In this document: in pieces, positions 1 through 13,000 of the stretch
Numbering within the stretch: position 1 is the first letter of the stretch
How the letters are laid out: every line of letters begins with the position of its first letter
DNA from: Zygophlyctis sp. KS116
Lineage: Eukaryota; Fungi; Chytridiomycota
Assembly: GCA_054661495.1 (NCBI GenBank)
Contig: BAAFSQ010000009.1
Span: forward strand, 30,001-62,000
DNA: 32,000 bases
Reading direction: 5' to 3'
Notes under the pieces: model-generated
The model's input: only the letters and a program-made list of their open reading frames with translations
Told to the model about the DNA's origin: nothing
Database searches by the model: none
Made by a program: the position numbers and the translations under genes

Positions 1-162
1 TGGAGTTTAAAGTTTGGGACTCAATGTCCGATTTTGCATCCAAACTTAAAGAAAACTGAATTAGATTCTATGATTATATCGAGTATGAATGAAAATAAGA
101 AAATCTTCAATGAATTTAAGGAATCTCAAGAGACTCTCTTACTCAAAGCTTTGAAAGTCTGA
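1..162 (+). CDS. Possible 3' end of an unidentified gene entering from the left edge
   Basis: Frame 1 is open from base 1 to TGA 160-162 (WSLKFGTQCP...LLKALKV*). No recognisable motif. Confidence 0.3.
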   Translation, partial: WSLKFGTQCPILHPNLKKTELDSMIISSMNENKKIFNEFKESQETLLLKALKV

Positions 163-470
163 AAGGGAAAGTGGAACAGATTAAATTTAAAATGAATTCT
201 ATGTGAATTCAGCCTCTTTATTTGTTTAAGATATCGTTTTTAAGAAATTGCATTTTAGCTCACTGAAGAAACGACTTATTGATTAAAATATTCGGACAAT
301 CTTGAGAAAGTTGCAATTAGAAATATTGTATGGAATAGAATAAAGTAGTATACTAGCATTGATAAAAGTGATCATACATTTAACGGAGTACGATATACTT
401 ACACGCCATCCTCTCTAAAACAATGACTACAGAATAAGCTTTTAAGATTTAAATTTTTTCTTTCTAATAA

Positions 471-1185
471 ATGCTACAATCTTTGAGAAACTCTGAGCTA
501 TCCAATCCTGTCTCCAACAGTAAAACTTACAAATCCAATCAGAGATCTCACGTAGACAAATCTACTGTTCTTTTAGATAAATCAAATGCACAGATTTTAC
601 AAGAGCGTAAAATTGAAAAGATTCCAGACTCTGTCCGAAAGAGAAAATTACATAAAGCTCGTAAACTGTTTGTTCATTCAAATACTGAAAAGAATCAATC
701 GGATGAGCATGAGCATTCTATTACTGAAAATAAGGAGTATGATGAGCTGGATTTGATCCTGATGGACATACACAAAGCAAATGTAGACAATTGTATCATA
801 ACAGTGTTAGGAAATTCGTCTTCATGGACTCAATACTGTCTCTGATACCAAGATCGTGTCTGATATCAAGGGATCGATTGGACATGTTGAAATCAATGAT
901 TTGCCTCCCAATTATAATGGATCGAAGGAATCAATTGAAATTGCTCAAATTATAAAGGGACCAAATCATATTTCTCCTCAAACTGCTAAATGCGATCCAA
1001 TTGTTACAGTTGATGATTTTCTCGTACAAAAAGACTCTGAAGATCAGTCGCTCGGCTTGGAATCTCAGGATGATTTGTTGAATGGAGTTGGTGAATTCGT
1101 TTGCATGGGAAAGTCAAAGCAAAAAATGGAATTTTCAAGTAGAATAAAGTTTACAAGGAAATTCATTAATGGTAAAAAGAAATAA
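471..1185 (+). CDS. Hypothetical hydrophilic protein, about 228 aa, 2 exons (3' end uncertain)
   Basis: A 28-nt intron at 783-810 (GTAGAC...GTTAG) joins ORF 471-845 in frame to ORF 856-1185 (...HKAN|EIRLHG...). No family recognised. Confidence 0.5.
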
Positions 1186-1386
1186 AATGTAAAAATATTG
1201 CTATCCGAATGGCCCTATTAAACATTTAATAAAGCAAAGTGAAGGATATCATTTGATCTGATCTTCAATGTTGGTAGAAACAATATTCTAAATTGATCAC
1301 CAGGCAAGATGAAGAAAATATAAAACCCTCCCCTGCACTCCAGCCATTGATGGCGCTTCCAATCTGATTCGGACATCCCTTTGAAA

Positions 1387-2412
1387 ATGATTTATTTGAT
1401 TTATCTAATTAATCTCATAGACTCATTGGTTGCTTATAATATATCAGGATATCCTCTTGTTGATGTTATCCCTCCTATCAATAAAACAATGACAAGTTTA
1501 CTGCTTGGAAATATTACGGTTCCGCCATCAGGAGGTCCATCTTCTGATTATTCAAGAGATATAACCAATTGTACTGAATCAAATTCAAGGGTATTTTATT
1601 CTGTATTTTTAAAATAATAGGCATTAACTTTTGATGATGGACCAAGTTTGCTTACATCAAAAGTCCTAAAAACACTATCTGATCATAATATGAAGGCGAC
1701 TTTTTTTGTGATTGGATCAAACGTATTACAATATCCTGAAATTTTAATTGAAACATTTAAAGCTGGTCATGAAATTGGTATTCACACTTGGTCTCATCAA
1801 TCATTAATCGAATTAACAACAGATCAAATTGTATCAGAGATAATGTGGACGATTAGAATCATTAGAGAAGTCATTGGATATACTCCTAGACTTGTGAGAC
1901 CTCCATGTAGAATAATTTATTACTAAAGTTTAGATGGAGACATTGATGAGCATGTTCGGACAATCCTGAAAGCCATGGGGTTGGAAATAATTGTCTGGAA
2001 TAGAGATACTTTAGACTGTAAAATAGATTTGTGGCTAATTGAAGGGACAGCAGCATCAAGTGCTACTAGTAAGAATCAAACAAAATCTCAAACTGCTTTT
2101 AAAGGATGGTTACTTGAGCCATTTATGGGAACTATTTCTCTACAGCATGATATTGATAATATCACTGTAGCTGAAATCCCTATAACACTAGATTTATTAG
2201 CCAATTCTAGCTATTCAACAGTATTAATTTCCAAGTGCGCAAACATTGCATCACCATATGATGAAACTCTACTAGTAAAAAGTGGAAGTGTAAATGAGGG
2301 TAAAACAGGTGATAATCAAACACAACACATCCCAGACGTGTCCGGGGTAAGAGTATTACAAATCCCAATTATTTTATCAGTTATCTTAATGACTTTCAAT
2401 CATATTAGCTAA
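1387..2412 (+). CDS. Chitin/polysaccharide deacetylase (CE4, NodB domain), secreted and probably GPI-anchored, about 313 aa
   Basis: Introns 1591-1620, 1907-1933, 2018-2044. Splicing gives all five CE4 motifs: TFDDGP, HTWSH, RPPYG, DTLDW, LQHD. Hydrophobic N-terminus and C-terminus. Confidence 0.92.
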
Positions 2413-2938
2413 TTCTCAGAGTATTTAGTACTTGCTACGCCTTAATTTTAGGTCAATAACAGTTATTTGAATTGAAGGACAAAATCATTGACCTTTTGCG
2501 GAACACTACATATGGGCTACGCACGATTGAGGAACATGTTCGGACAACTACAAAAAATATTTGGAAAGATTAGTGTTTTATCAGTTATTTAAGTTTTGAG
2601 AGTACGCTCTACAATCAGAATAGTAGATGATGTTTTAAACAACTGGTAAGAACTCTGAAGAAGTTGCTCAACTACTATAACATCGTTTGTCATTTTTCAG
2701 TTTTTCGAAGATTAGTCAGAGGTAGTTTGGGAGAGTCCGGGGTAGTATTCGGCAGTACAGTGCAATGTGCAGCTACAGTACTGCAAAAATGCACTACAAT
2801 TGTCACACAGGAAAAATTAACTGTAGCTACAGTGCCGTTTCAGAAGTTTATGAGAAAATTTATTATTTCGGAAATTACAGAGAATGTTTAAAATTGAAAA
2901 CCATTTGAGTCAAAAGAAATTAAAAGGGAAAAATCACT

Positions 2939-3202
2939 ATGGTTGCCAGACGACTTTTTGCGATACCAACGTCATCAGCTGCTAGTGAGAGAGTTTGGAG
3001 TGTTTTCAGTTTTATACATTCAAAGAAAAGATGTAGGCTAGTGAACAGCAGAGTAATGAACCTCGCAAAAGTCTACGTCAACACTTCAATTTCAAGAATG
3101 GAAACTTCAAAAGCAAGACAGGAAAAGGTTATTGATTATTTTCAAGAGTTACCAGATGAAATAGAAGAAGAGGAAGAGCCCGATTTAATTGATATCTTCT
3201 AA
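2939..3202 (+). pseudogene. hAT transposase C-terminal dimerisation-domain remnant
   Basis: ARRLFAIPTSSAASERVWSVFSFIHSKKRCRL matches the hAT C-terminal signature (L.IP.SSA..ER.FS......R.RL). The rest of the transposase is absent. Confidence 0.85.
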
Positions 3203-3228
3203 TAAAAAAGTTAAATGTGCAGTAAATT

Positions 3229-3304
3229 TGCAGTGTCATACAGTACTGTCCTACAATGCGGTGCAGTGTCATACAGAAAGAATCCGCTGTAGCTACACTG
3301 CCGT
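3229..3304. repeat. hAT subterminal repeats
   Basis: TGCAGTGTCATACAG at 3229-3243 and 3262-3276. CTGTAGCTACACTGCCGT (3287-3304) matches 2821-2838 at 17/18. 2820-2833 is a 14-bp palindrome, ACTGTAGCTACAGT. Confidence 0.8.
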
Positions 3305-3529
3305 CCCCTAGTCCGGGGTCGACCTTTTGCTACCCGGTCTCCCCTGGCGTGAAACAAATCATTACTTTGTAACAAACGAGTCATTAAGCATGAATAACAG
3401 ACGAGAATAATTCAAAAGCAAATTGAAGCGGAAAGATAAGAGAGAAATTCTTTAATTTTAAACTTTAAAGAGGTAAACTATTTTACTCATAGCTGCATGG
3501 CATTTGTTAAAATCTAAATCAAGATTCTT

Positions 3530-6439
3530 TTATGAAATCGTCAAATATGCCCAGCTCATTAATGCATCAATAAAATTCAAGACTGCATTTTTTGGTGCGG
3601 GATAAGACTCTGATTCCTCCATTTCAGAGAGACCAAGGCGTTGACGTCCTATATATCTCCTTAAAGATAATGCCTGAATGCGCTTCTGATCTGATCGGAT
3701 TCTTTCCAAAACTTCTGGTCCCTGATAAAGCCATGGTACAGGCAGTCTACCGATTAAGCATGGGTGAAGATATGACAAATTTTGAATATCTGAATCACTT
3801 TCAAAAACAGGTGTATCAAGAATTCCTGGAATTCTAGTCATAGGAGGTTCTTTATGTGAGTCTAGAGAATTGATAGATAGCAGATTAGCAGATTCATTCG
3901 CTTCAAGGTCAACACTGGCTGAGATAGACATATTAAAGTTTTGATTACTTTTGACAGTCTCCAGTTCTCTTCCATCAATAAATGATGAGTCGATCGCTGA
4001 CGGATTCATAGAATTAGACATAGAATTAGAGTCTTTTACAGATCGAGAAATCAAATCTAGAGGAACCTGGATTATTTCTTTTTCGTACCCCTGCTTTAAC
4101 CACCAATACACAGTAATCGTGATAAAAAGAAGAGGTCCAACTCCAAAAACCATTTGAGCATATCCTGACCATCCTGGAGTTTTGATAGTTGAGACAACCA
4201 AATTATTTTCATTGCTTTCGATTGATTTCAGAGCTAATAGTCCCATCATCGTAAGCTGCATGATGATTAGACCTGCTAAACACCTATTTACTACAATCGG
4301 TACAAATCCAGACTTGATTTCATATTTGGGAATGTGTACGTGTTCAAAGAGATACTTCTTAATCAACTGATAGAAATTTACCTTGTGGACAAAATATGCA
4401 ATCAGAAAGAAGAGCGTCAGGAAGGGAAGAATTAAAGGTGCGATCGGAGCATAGATGCAGCCTATAACAAACATTAACATTGGAATCTAAAAGTAAATAT
4501 TTCATTCTATCTTACCGGATATGCGATTCCATAGTTTATGCAAGTCAGTGTAGAAGGGTAATATGCATCTGACCGCTGTCTTGGAGAAGCGTCAGACCAT
4601 GGAGCCAACCTAGTTAGCCAGGTTAAGAGGAGAGGACCTGCAAGTAGAAGTTGGGCAGGATAAACTGCCATCGCCTGTAGAACCACGTAATTGATCAGCG
4701 TGGATGATGCTTTTGGGACCATATCACCCAAAACTTCTATAACTTGGCGAGGGTTCAGAAAAAGATCATAAATAACTGCCCGTACCAAAACTTGGACAAA
4801 AACTACATTCCATAATTGATAAAAAAAATATCTATGCAATTATGTTGAATATAGAATTTACTTTGATAGAACTGACATTTCTATCCAACTCTCTGTTTCA
4901 AGACCCTTTATTAATTAAAAAGAGAATTTAAAATACCTGCATTTTACATAAAATTATCAGGACAGCAGGAAGTGAGGAGGTCCAAGCAGCAACAAGAATT
5001 GTTGGTATAACACCCTGAATCAGTTGAATCCATGCCTCGGGAATCTCTTCTAAAACTTTCTCAAGTCCTGGAATATATACTGCCAACTGTTTCAAGTCAA
5101 TCAAACCAGCAAAAGTAGATATAGCAGCGGTTGATGAGAAAACCAGAAAAACCAAAGACACCAACACTAAGAGGCCTCTAAAAAGCTTGATGCTGGAGTG
5201 TGCTCCATTTGAGGATAGATTTGGCCAATATATATCTCTTGGCTCTGGAGCTGGTTTACTCATACAAGCAAAAGGTCTCTTGTTGATAATAATTTGAGAA
5301 GCAATTGCCTAAAAATATAAAAAGGAAGAAACGTACCGCTGTTTTAGGAGAATCAAAAGTAACAAAGCCAACAGAAGAAGGAGAAGAAGCTTCTGGTTGC
5401 CTCCTTAATGTCTGTACTTCTAAATTCCATTTTGCGAAGTTTTCAAGATAATAATTGAGTGAGTCTACTACAGGACCAAACAATCCTAAAAATCCAGTCC
5501 GATGCCTAGGACGTACTTTACTTGGCAATATTCTAATCAAATCTAACAAAATACTTTCAATTTCATCTGAAAATGAAGAATGATCCTGAGAAGATTCATG
5601 TGTTGAATCCGCTCCTAAATTTGTATAAGCATTTTCAAAAATATTCCTATCAATATTTTCCTTAATTTTGTTATATTTTCTTACACAAGACGCATATGCA
5701 ACCTCGAATTTAACAAGATATCTTGCTCTTTGAGCCACCGCATTCTTAATTTTTGTCCATTTTCTTTTATAATTTCAATTTTTTTAAAGAAATACCTTGC
5801 AATAACAACATTCTGAACTTTTCCAAGTCCTTCAAAAGCCGCATCAAAATATCCTGCCAGCGTCACTTCATTCTGTAATTCTTTTGGAATCCCAAAAACC
5901 ATTATAGTCCTAGAATCAATTGGTGCCTCTTGTAATTTAAAAATTCATTTTATACCTTGAATAACTAGAGCTTCATATTTTAGCTTTAACTGAATCGAAG
6001 CTCTATAAAATGAAATTAGAGCACCTAGAGCGCATATAGAAAAAATCCAAGTAAATGCAAGATGCACCCATAAGTATGGTGATCTATTAGGAACATTATT
6101 TACAGAAAGAGCATCAATAAGAACATCTTCGTACAAAATCCCAGTAGAATTTACCAATGACGGAATTAAAGAATAATAGTTTACTGGAGCAAGAAAACAC
6201 ATTCCGAGAAAAGACTTTAGAGCAAATAATGATAATCCTAGCTTTAGAAATCTTTGAAAAGTAACGGCGTCTAGTCCGATCTGTAAGGCTTGCTCTAGAT
6301 CATCTTGCGCCTGTGTCTGTGATTTGATCATATAGAAATCTTTAAAGAATGATCGTAATAGTAGAAAGAATAGAAAGCATATAATTCCTATAGCAGTGAA
6401 GAATAGAAAAGGAACAATGATTCCCTGATTGCTAGCCAT
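3530..6439 (-). CDS. CSC1/OSCA/TMEM63-family calcium-permeable stress-gated cation channel, about 901 aa
   Basis: Introns 5929-5955, 5764-5795, 5309-5336, 4906-4936, 4832-4861, 4487-4515, 4355-4381. Motifs GLDAVTFQRFLK, LWVHLAFTW, SRTIMVFGIP, GFVTF, APEPRDIYWPNL, YAPIAPLILPF. Multiple transmembrane segments. Confidence 0.92.
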
Positions 6440-6508
6440 TTTAAGAGGTTTTAATGAAGGCTTTCTACGCCTCAGCAAGTACCGGGGGCGTCGATTTGTT
6501 TGCTTTAA

Positions 6509-8419
<1,911 letters not shown>

Positions 8420-8672
8420 CACAAATCGATCATATCCTGTTTCATTTGACTTTTTACTGTTTAGAATCTCAACAGAAGAAAAATTTTCAGATTATAATAA
8501 ATCATCAAGTCACGGATCAAGAAATGCACTCTTTGATTATGGTACGGAGGACCTCGGCCGAAGTCCCTATGAGTCGCGTATTTAAGTTGCCATCGGATGA
8601 TTATCAAATTTCCGATAACAGGACGTCACAATTTTCCCCAAATAATCATCACCAGCATTATTATTTGTTAGA

Positions 8673-11600
8673 ATGAGTGATAGAGATCAAAAGCGGAAAG
8701 AACTACTTGTTGCAGAAACTCATGTAGACATTGGTTCTATTCTTTCCTTACAATTGGAAAGCCTTGTCCACACCGAGCCATTGAAAGGACTCACGGACGA
8801 AGAGGTACGAGATCGACTAGAAAAATTTGGATATAATGGTATCGTCGTGATTAACCGGTAATGCAATAGAAATCAAGGAGAAAAAAGTCAATCCTGTGAT
8901 CAGATTTCTTTCATACTTTGGCGGATCCATCTCTTTCCTACTAGAAATCGCCGCCATTGTGGCAGGAATAGTAAAGAGCTGGACTGATTTTTCTATTTTG
9001 ATAGGCGTACTTATATTAAACGCAATAATTGGGTTTGTGGAAGAGTCGAAAGCTGAAAATGCGTTGGATGCCCTAAAAAACACGCTAGCATTGAAATGTC
9101 GTTGCTTTCGTAACGGCAGATTAGTAGAAATCGAATCAAGAGAATTAATTCCGGGGGATATTGTAGCTCTTAGATTAGGAGATATCATTCCGGCTGATTG
9201 CAGGTGCTTAATAATTACTTATCGTTAGACTTTTAGGAGTAGGTGTAAGTGGAGATGAGACCGACATACCTCTTCAAATTGATCAATCTGCACTCACCGG
9301 AGAATCACTTCCAGTGGATAAAAAAAAGGGGCAAACGGCGTATTCAAGTTCTATTATCAAACAAGGTCAAATGTTGGGTGTAGTCACAAAAACTGGTATC
9401 CACACGTATATCGGACGGGCTGCGAACTTAATTAGCAATACACATGAGGTGGGCCATTTCCAGAAAATTGTTGGAACTATAGGAAATTTTTTAATTGTTA
9501 TTTCATTGGTAAAGTAAATAATTACTAATTACTAGTCAATGTGTGTAATACTTTACTTATACCTCTATTTCGGTCATGGAGATGATCATAAAGATCCTCT
9601 ACTTATATTAAAGGAAGTTTTAATTATTCTAATTGCTGCCATTCCTGTGGGGATGCAGACAGTACTAACAGTTACAATGGCAGTTGGTGCCAAACAACTT
9701 GCTGAGAAACAAGTTATCGTAAAACGTCTTACGGCAATAGAAGAGCTTGCGTCAGTTTCTATCTTATGTTCAGGTGAAAAAATGAATTAACTTATATTTT
9801 AGACAAAACGGGGACTCTTACGTTGAATGAGTTGACTTTTGATAAACCTTACCTTGCAAAGAAAGGGAATTCAAATCCTTCTACCGTAAAAGAGGAAAGT
9901 TATTCAGAAGATGACCTACTATTATATGCTTATCTTGCTAGTGAGCCGGGGGCCACTGATGCAATTGAAATAGCCACACGAAGAGGAGCTGAAGCAACTC
10001 TTGCTATCTTGAAGAGTAGAGCTGAGCATTCCCTTGAAATCCCCGGATTTAAAATTTTGTCATTTGTGCCTTTTAATCCCGTATCAAAATTTACAGAAGC
10101 GATCACTTTAAACAATTCTACTCAAGAAAGGTTTAGATGTATTAAAGGAGCACCACAAGTTATTATCTCTATGTGCAATAATCATCAAGAAGCTTCAAAG
10201 GCTGTGATTAAGTTTGCATCTATGGGTTTGCGGGCTTTAGCTGTAGCAAAAACGGTCGACCCTGATATGAAGAAATTTGAAATGATTGGACTTATATCTT
10301 TGCTAGATCCTCCCCGAATAGACTCGGCAGAAACTATCAAGAGATGTATGGCACTCGGTATTCAGGTATAATCATAGATTATAATAATTAGGTCAAAATG
10401 ATTACAGGGGACCAACTGATTATTGCTAAAGAAGTCGCTAAACGTTTGGATATGCCACGAACCATCTTAGATGCTACAAAATTGACACAAGATGCAATGA
10501 CTGAAGATGAACTAATTATGAGAGTGATAAAGGCTGATGGATTCGCTCAAGTGATTCCAGAGCACAAATATCAAGTCGTTGATCTTCTTCAAAAACGAAA
10601 TATTATAGTCGGTATGACTGGTGATGGTGTGAATGATGCACCCGCATTAAAAAAAGCCAACGTAGGAATAGCTGTTCATGGGTGTACTGATGCTGCTCGA
10701 TCCGCAGCAGACATTGTTTTACTCGCCCCCGGTTTATCGACTATTGTTGACGGTATAACTACGAGCAGAGCAATTTTTCAGCGAATGAGGAGCTATGCAA
10801 GTATGCTTTTTACCCTTCTAAATCTTAGTTTACCGAATCACGTCCACGATTCACTTCTTACTTTTCTTCTTTACGAGTATCATCGCTTTTAACTTTTCTC
10901 TCCCTGAAAAATTAATTCTCTTTATCACAGTTCTGAATGATGCTGCAACATTAGTTATTTCAGTTGATAATGCTAAAATATCCCAGAAGCCTGATAAGTG
11001 GCGCTTAGGGCAGCTCTTAACCCTGTCGACGGTTTTGGGCGTATTACTTATGGGAATTTCTTACGCTCATTACTTCTTAGCAAAGCACTATTATCCGGAT
11101 GCAGCCGATGCTAACATAGTCCAAACTATAATGTATCTACAAATTTCATCATGTCCTCACTTTGTAATCTTTTCAACCAGATTGTCAGGATGGTTTTGGG
11201 AGGCAGCTCCTAGTTGGGTATTCGTTCTTGCAGTTGGAGGCACTCAAGTTTTTGCCATGTTTATGAGCATTTACGGAATAGAAGCCCTTCAAGCATATCC
11301 AATGTAATTTTGATATATTTTTAATTTTAAGTGGATGGGCCTGGGGATTGGGAGTTATGGCTGTTTCTTCAGTATCTTTTATGCTTTTGGATGTAGTCAA
11401 AACATTACTAATTAGAAATTGGTCCTTTGAACTAACAGCAAAATTATGGCCTTCATCTCAAAATAAGGAAAAACTTCGTGTGAGACAAGAAAGAGCATCA
11501 TTACATGAGAGAGTTGACAACAATATTACAAAAGTTAGACGAGCCATTGTACTTTCAAGTGCTCTTTCAGCCTTTAAATCGGGTGTGAAATTAGTTAAAA

Positions 11601-11812
11601 ATGTTAGCAAAAGTTTACTCAATATTTCTGGAGAAGGTACCCAGAGCAAATCTAGACGAGCGTCCGTTGATATGTCTGCCAAACTAGACAATGCCTCAAA
11701 TTCAAAAAATGATTCGATCACCGTTGTAAATGTACAGAAATCCGCAACTTTAGACGGGTCAAATGAAGCCAATGAGGATTTAGAGACTCCCACTAGTGAG
11801 TCTAGTCAATAA
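8673..11812 (+). CDS. PMA1: Plasma-membrane H+-ATPase (P3A-type ATPase), about 981 aa
   Basis: Introns 8839-8869, 9204-9228, 9509-9535, 9774-9802, 10366-10391, 10801-10828, 11304-11331. Motifs [22 protein letters not shown] (the phospho-Asp codon is split by intron 9774-9802), [26 protein letters not shown]. The start codon could lie further upstream. Confidence 0.95.
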
Positions 11813-11887
11813 ATTAAGCGGTTTTTATGAATTATATGAGTTTTTGTGTACGTCATCTGTTAAAATCCCCCGATCAAACAAATAGTG

Positions 11888-12981
11888 ATGCTCTCTAATC
11901 CTCCACCACTACCAACTGCAGGAAAAGATTCTTATGCCTTTGCGGCAGAGCCAAAGGCCATTCAAAGCTCTCCCAAAAAAACGATTAGAGATTCCCCATC
12001 AGAAAAGGATCAAAAGGTGTAAGACTGAGACTTTTTAATCTGAAAGAGCCGTCAATATAATGTACGATCGCCGAATTCATAGAGGAAATACGTATGCTAC
12101 CCCATCACTTCCATTGGTACTTTTGTCTTTAAATTGACATTTTAGCATTCACAGCCTGATCCATTTGAAATTCAAAAGAATCAGGAGCTCAAGAGAAAGC
12201 TGAAAGCAAAAAAGAAGGCTGAATCTAGAAGAAGAGTCAAGACTCCCGATGCTGTACAAGGACGCAAGCATATTGATGTTCAAACTGATCTATATCTTGA
12301 AGAATTAAGTGATAAAATTCCAGAAGCGATCGCTGCTACTCAGACCGATGCATTCTTAAATAGAGCCCCTTCACCATTCTTTGTACCACAGAAAAGTGGT
12401 ATTGATGTTGCAACACAAGTCTATGATGGAGAATTATTTGATTTTGATTTTGAAGTGGTTCCAATTCTAGAAATACTTGTTGCTAAAACTGTCGAACAGT
12501 CAATCATGGAAGTTCATGAAGAAGAAGAACTCAAACTTTTGAAAAAACATCAGGTAATCAGTATTTTTTCATAACAATGTAGATTAAATACGAAGAAAAA
12601 AGAAATGCAGAATTGGTTGAAGTCCAGAGATTAGAAGATGCTGAACGTAGAAGAACCAGTGAAAAAGAACGTAGACTGGCTGAACAATCAAGAATTCTGA
12701 AAGAAAAACAAGAAATTACTGAAAAAATTGCTGCTCGGGCCTTTGCACAAAGTTATTTGAACACTTTAGTTCCTACAATTTTTGATAATTTAATCAATAA
12801 TGGATTTTTCCACGATAAAATAGAAGCAGAAATTAATAGAGAATTTTTGCCTTGGTTATCGACTGAAGTGGAAAAGAATTTGGAAAGAGCTAAAGTTTCA
12901 AGAAAATTGCTTGATGGTAAGTATAAATCTTTCTGAACAATAATAGATATTATTATATTTACTCTCAATAATAGTTTATAA
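11888..12981 (+). CDS. RSP3: Flagellar radial spoke protein 3, about 325 aa
   Basis: Introns 12019-12046, 12117-12145, 12554-12582, 12917-12946. RSP3 signatures NIMYDRRIHRGNTYA, TPDAVQGRKHIDVQTDLYLEE, QTDAFLNRAPSPFFVPQKSGIDVATQV, ELFDFDFEV. Mostly missed by the ORF track. Confidence 0.92.
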
Positions 12982-13000
12982 TCGTCAAATAAATGAATTT

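Larger units (their letters stand above)
2743..3310 (+). mobile_element. Non-autonomous hAT-superfamily DNA transposon (internal deletion derivative), 568 bp
   Basis: 8-bp direct repeat GTCCGGGG at 2735-2742 and 3311-3318, the hAT TSD length. Imperfect TIRs TAGTATTCGGCAGT / ACTGCCGTCCCCTA. Subterminal repeats. Internal hAT C-terminal dimerisation-domain ORF. Confidence 0.85.

Noticed and set aside
394-402. ATACTTACA resembling the U1 snRNA 5' end
   Set aside because: Mismatch to ATACTTACC, and no U1 stem-loops or Sm site follow.
2664-2891. 75-aa ORF spanning the left end of the transposon
   Set aside because: TTG start, crosses the TSD/TIR junction and translates subterminal repeats; no protein features.
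2750-3304. Short palindromic repeats as a CRISPR-like array
   Set aside because: No regular repeat-spacer period; they are explained as hAT subterminal repeats in a eukaryotic context.
3319-3335. GACCTTTTGC resembling U5 loop 1 or U2 stem I
   Set aside because: Does not match the invariant GCCTTTTAC, and the U2 branch-pairing GTGTAGTA is absent.
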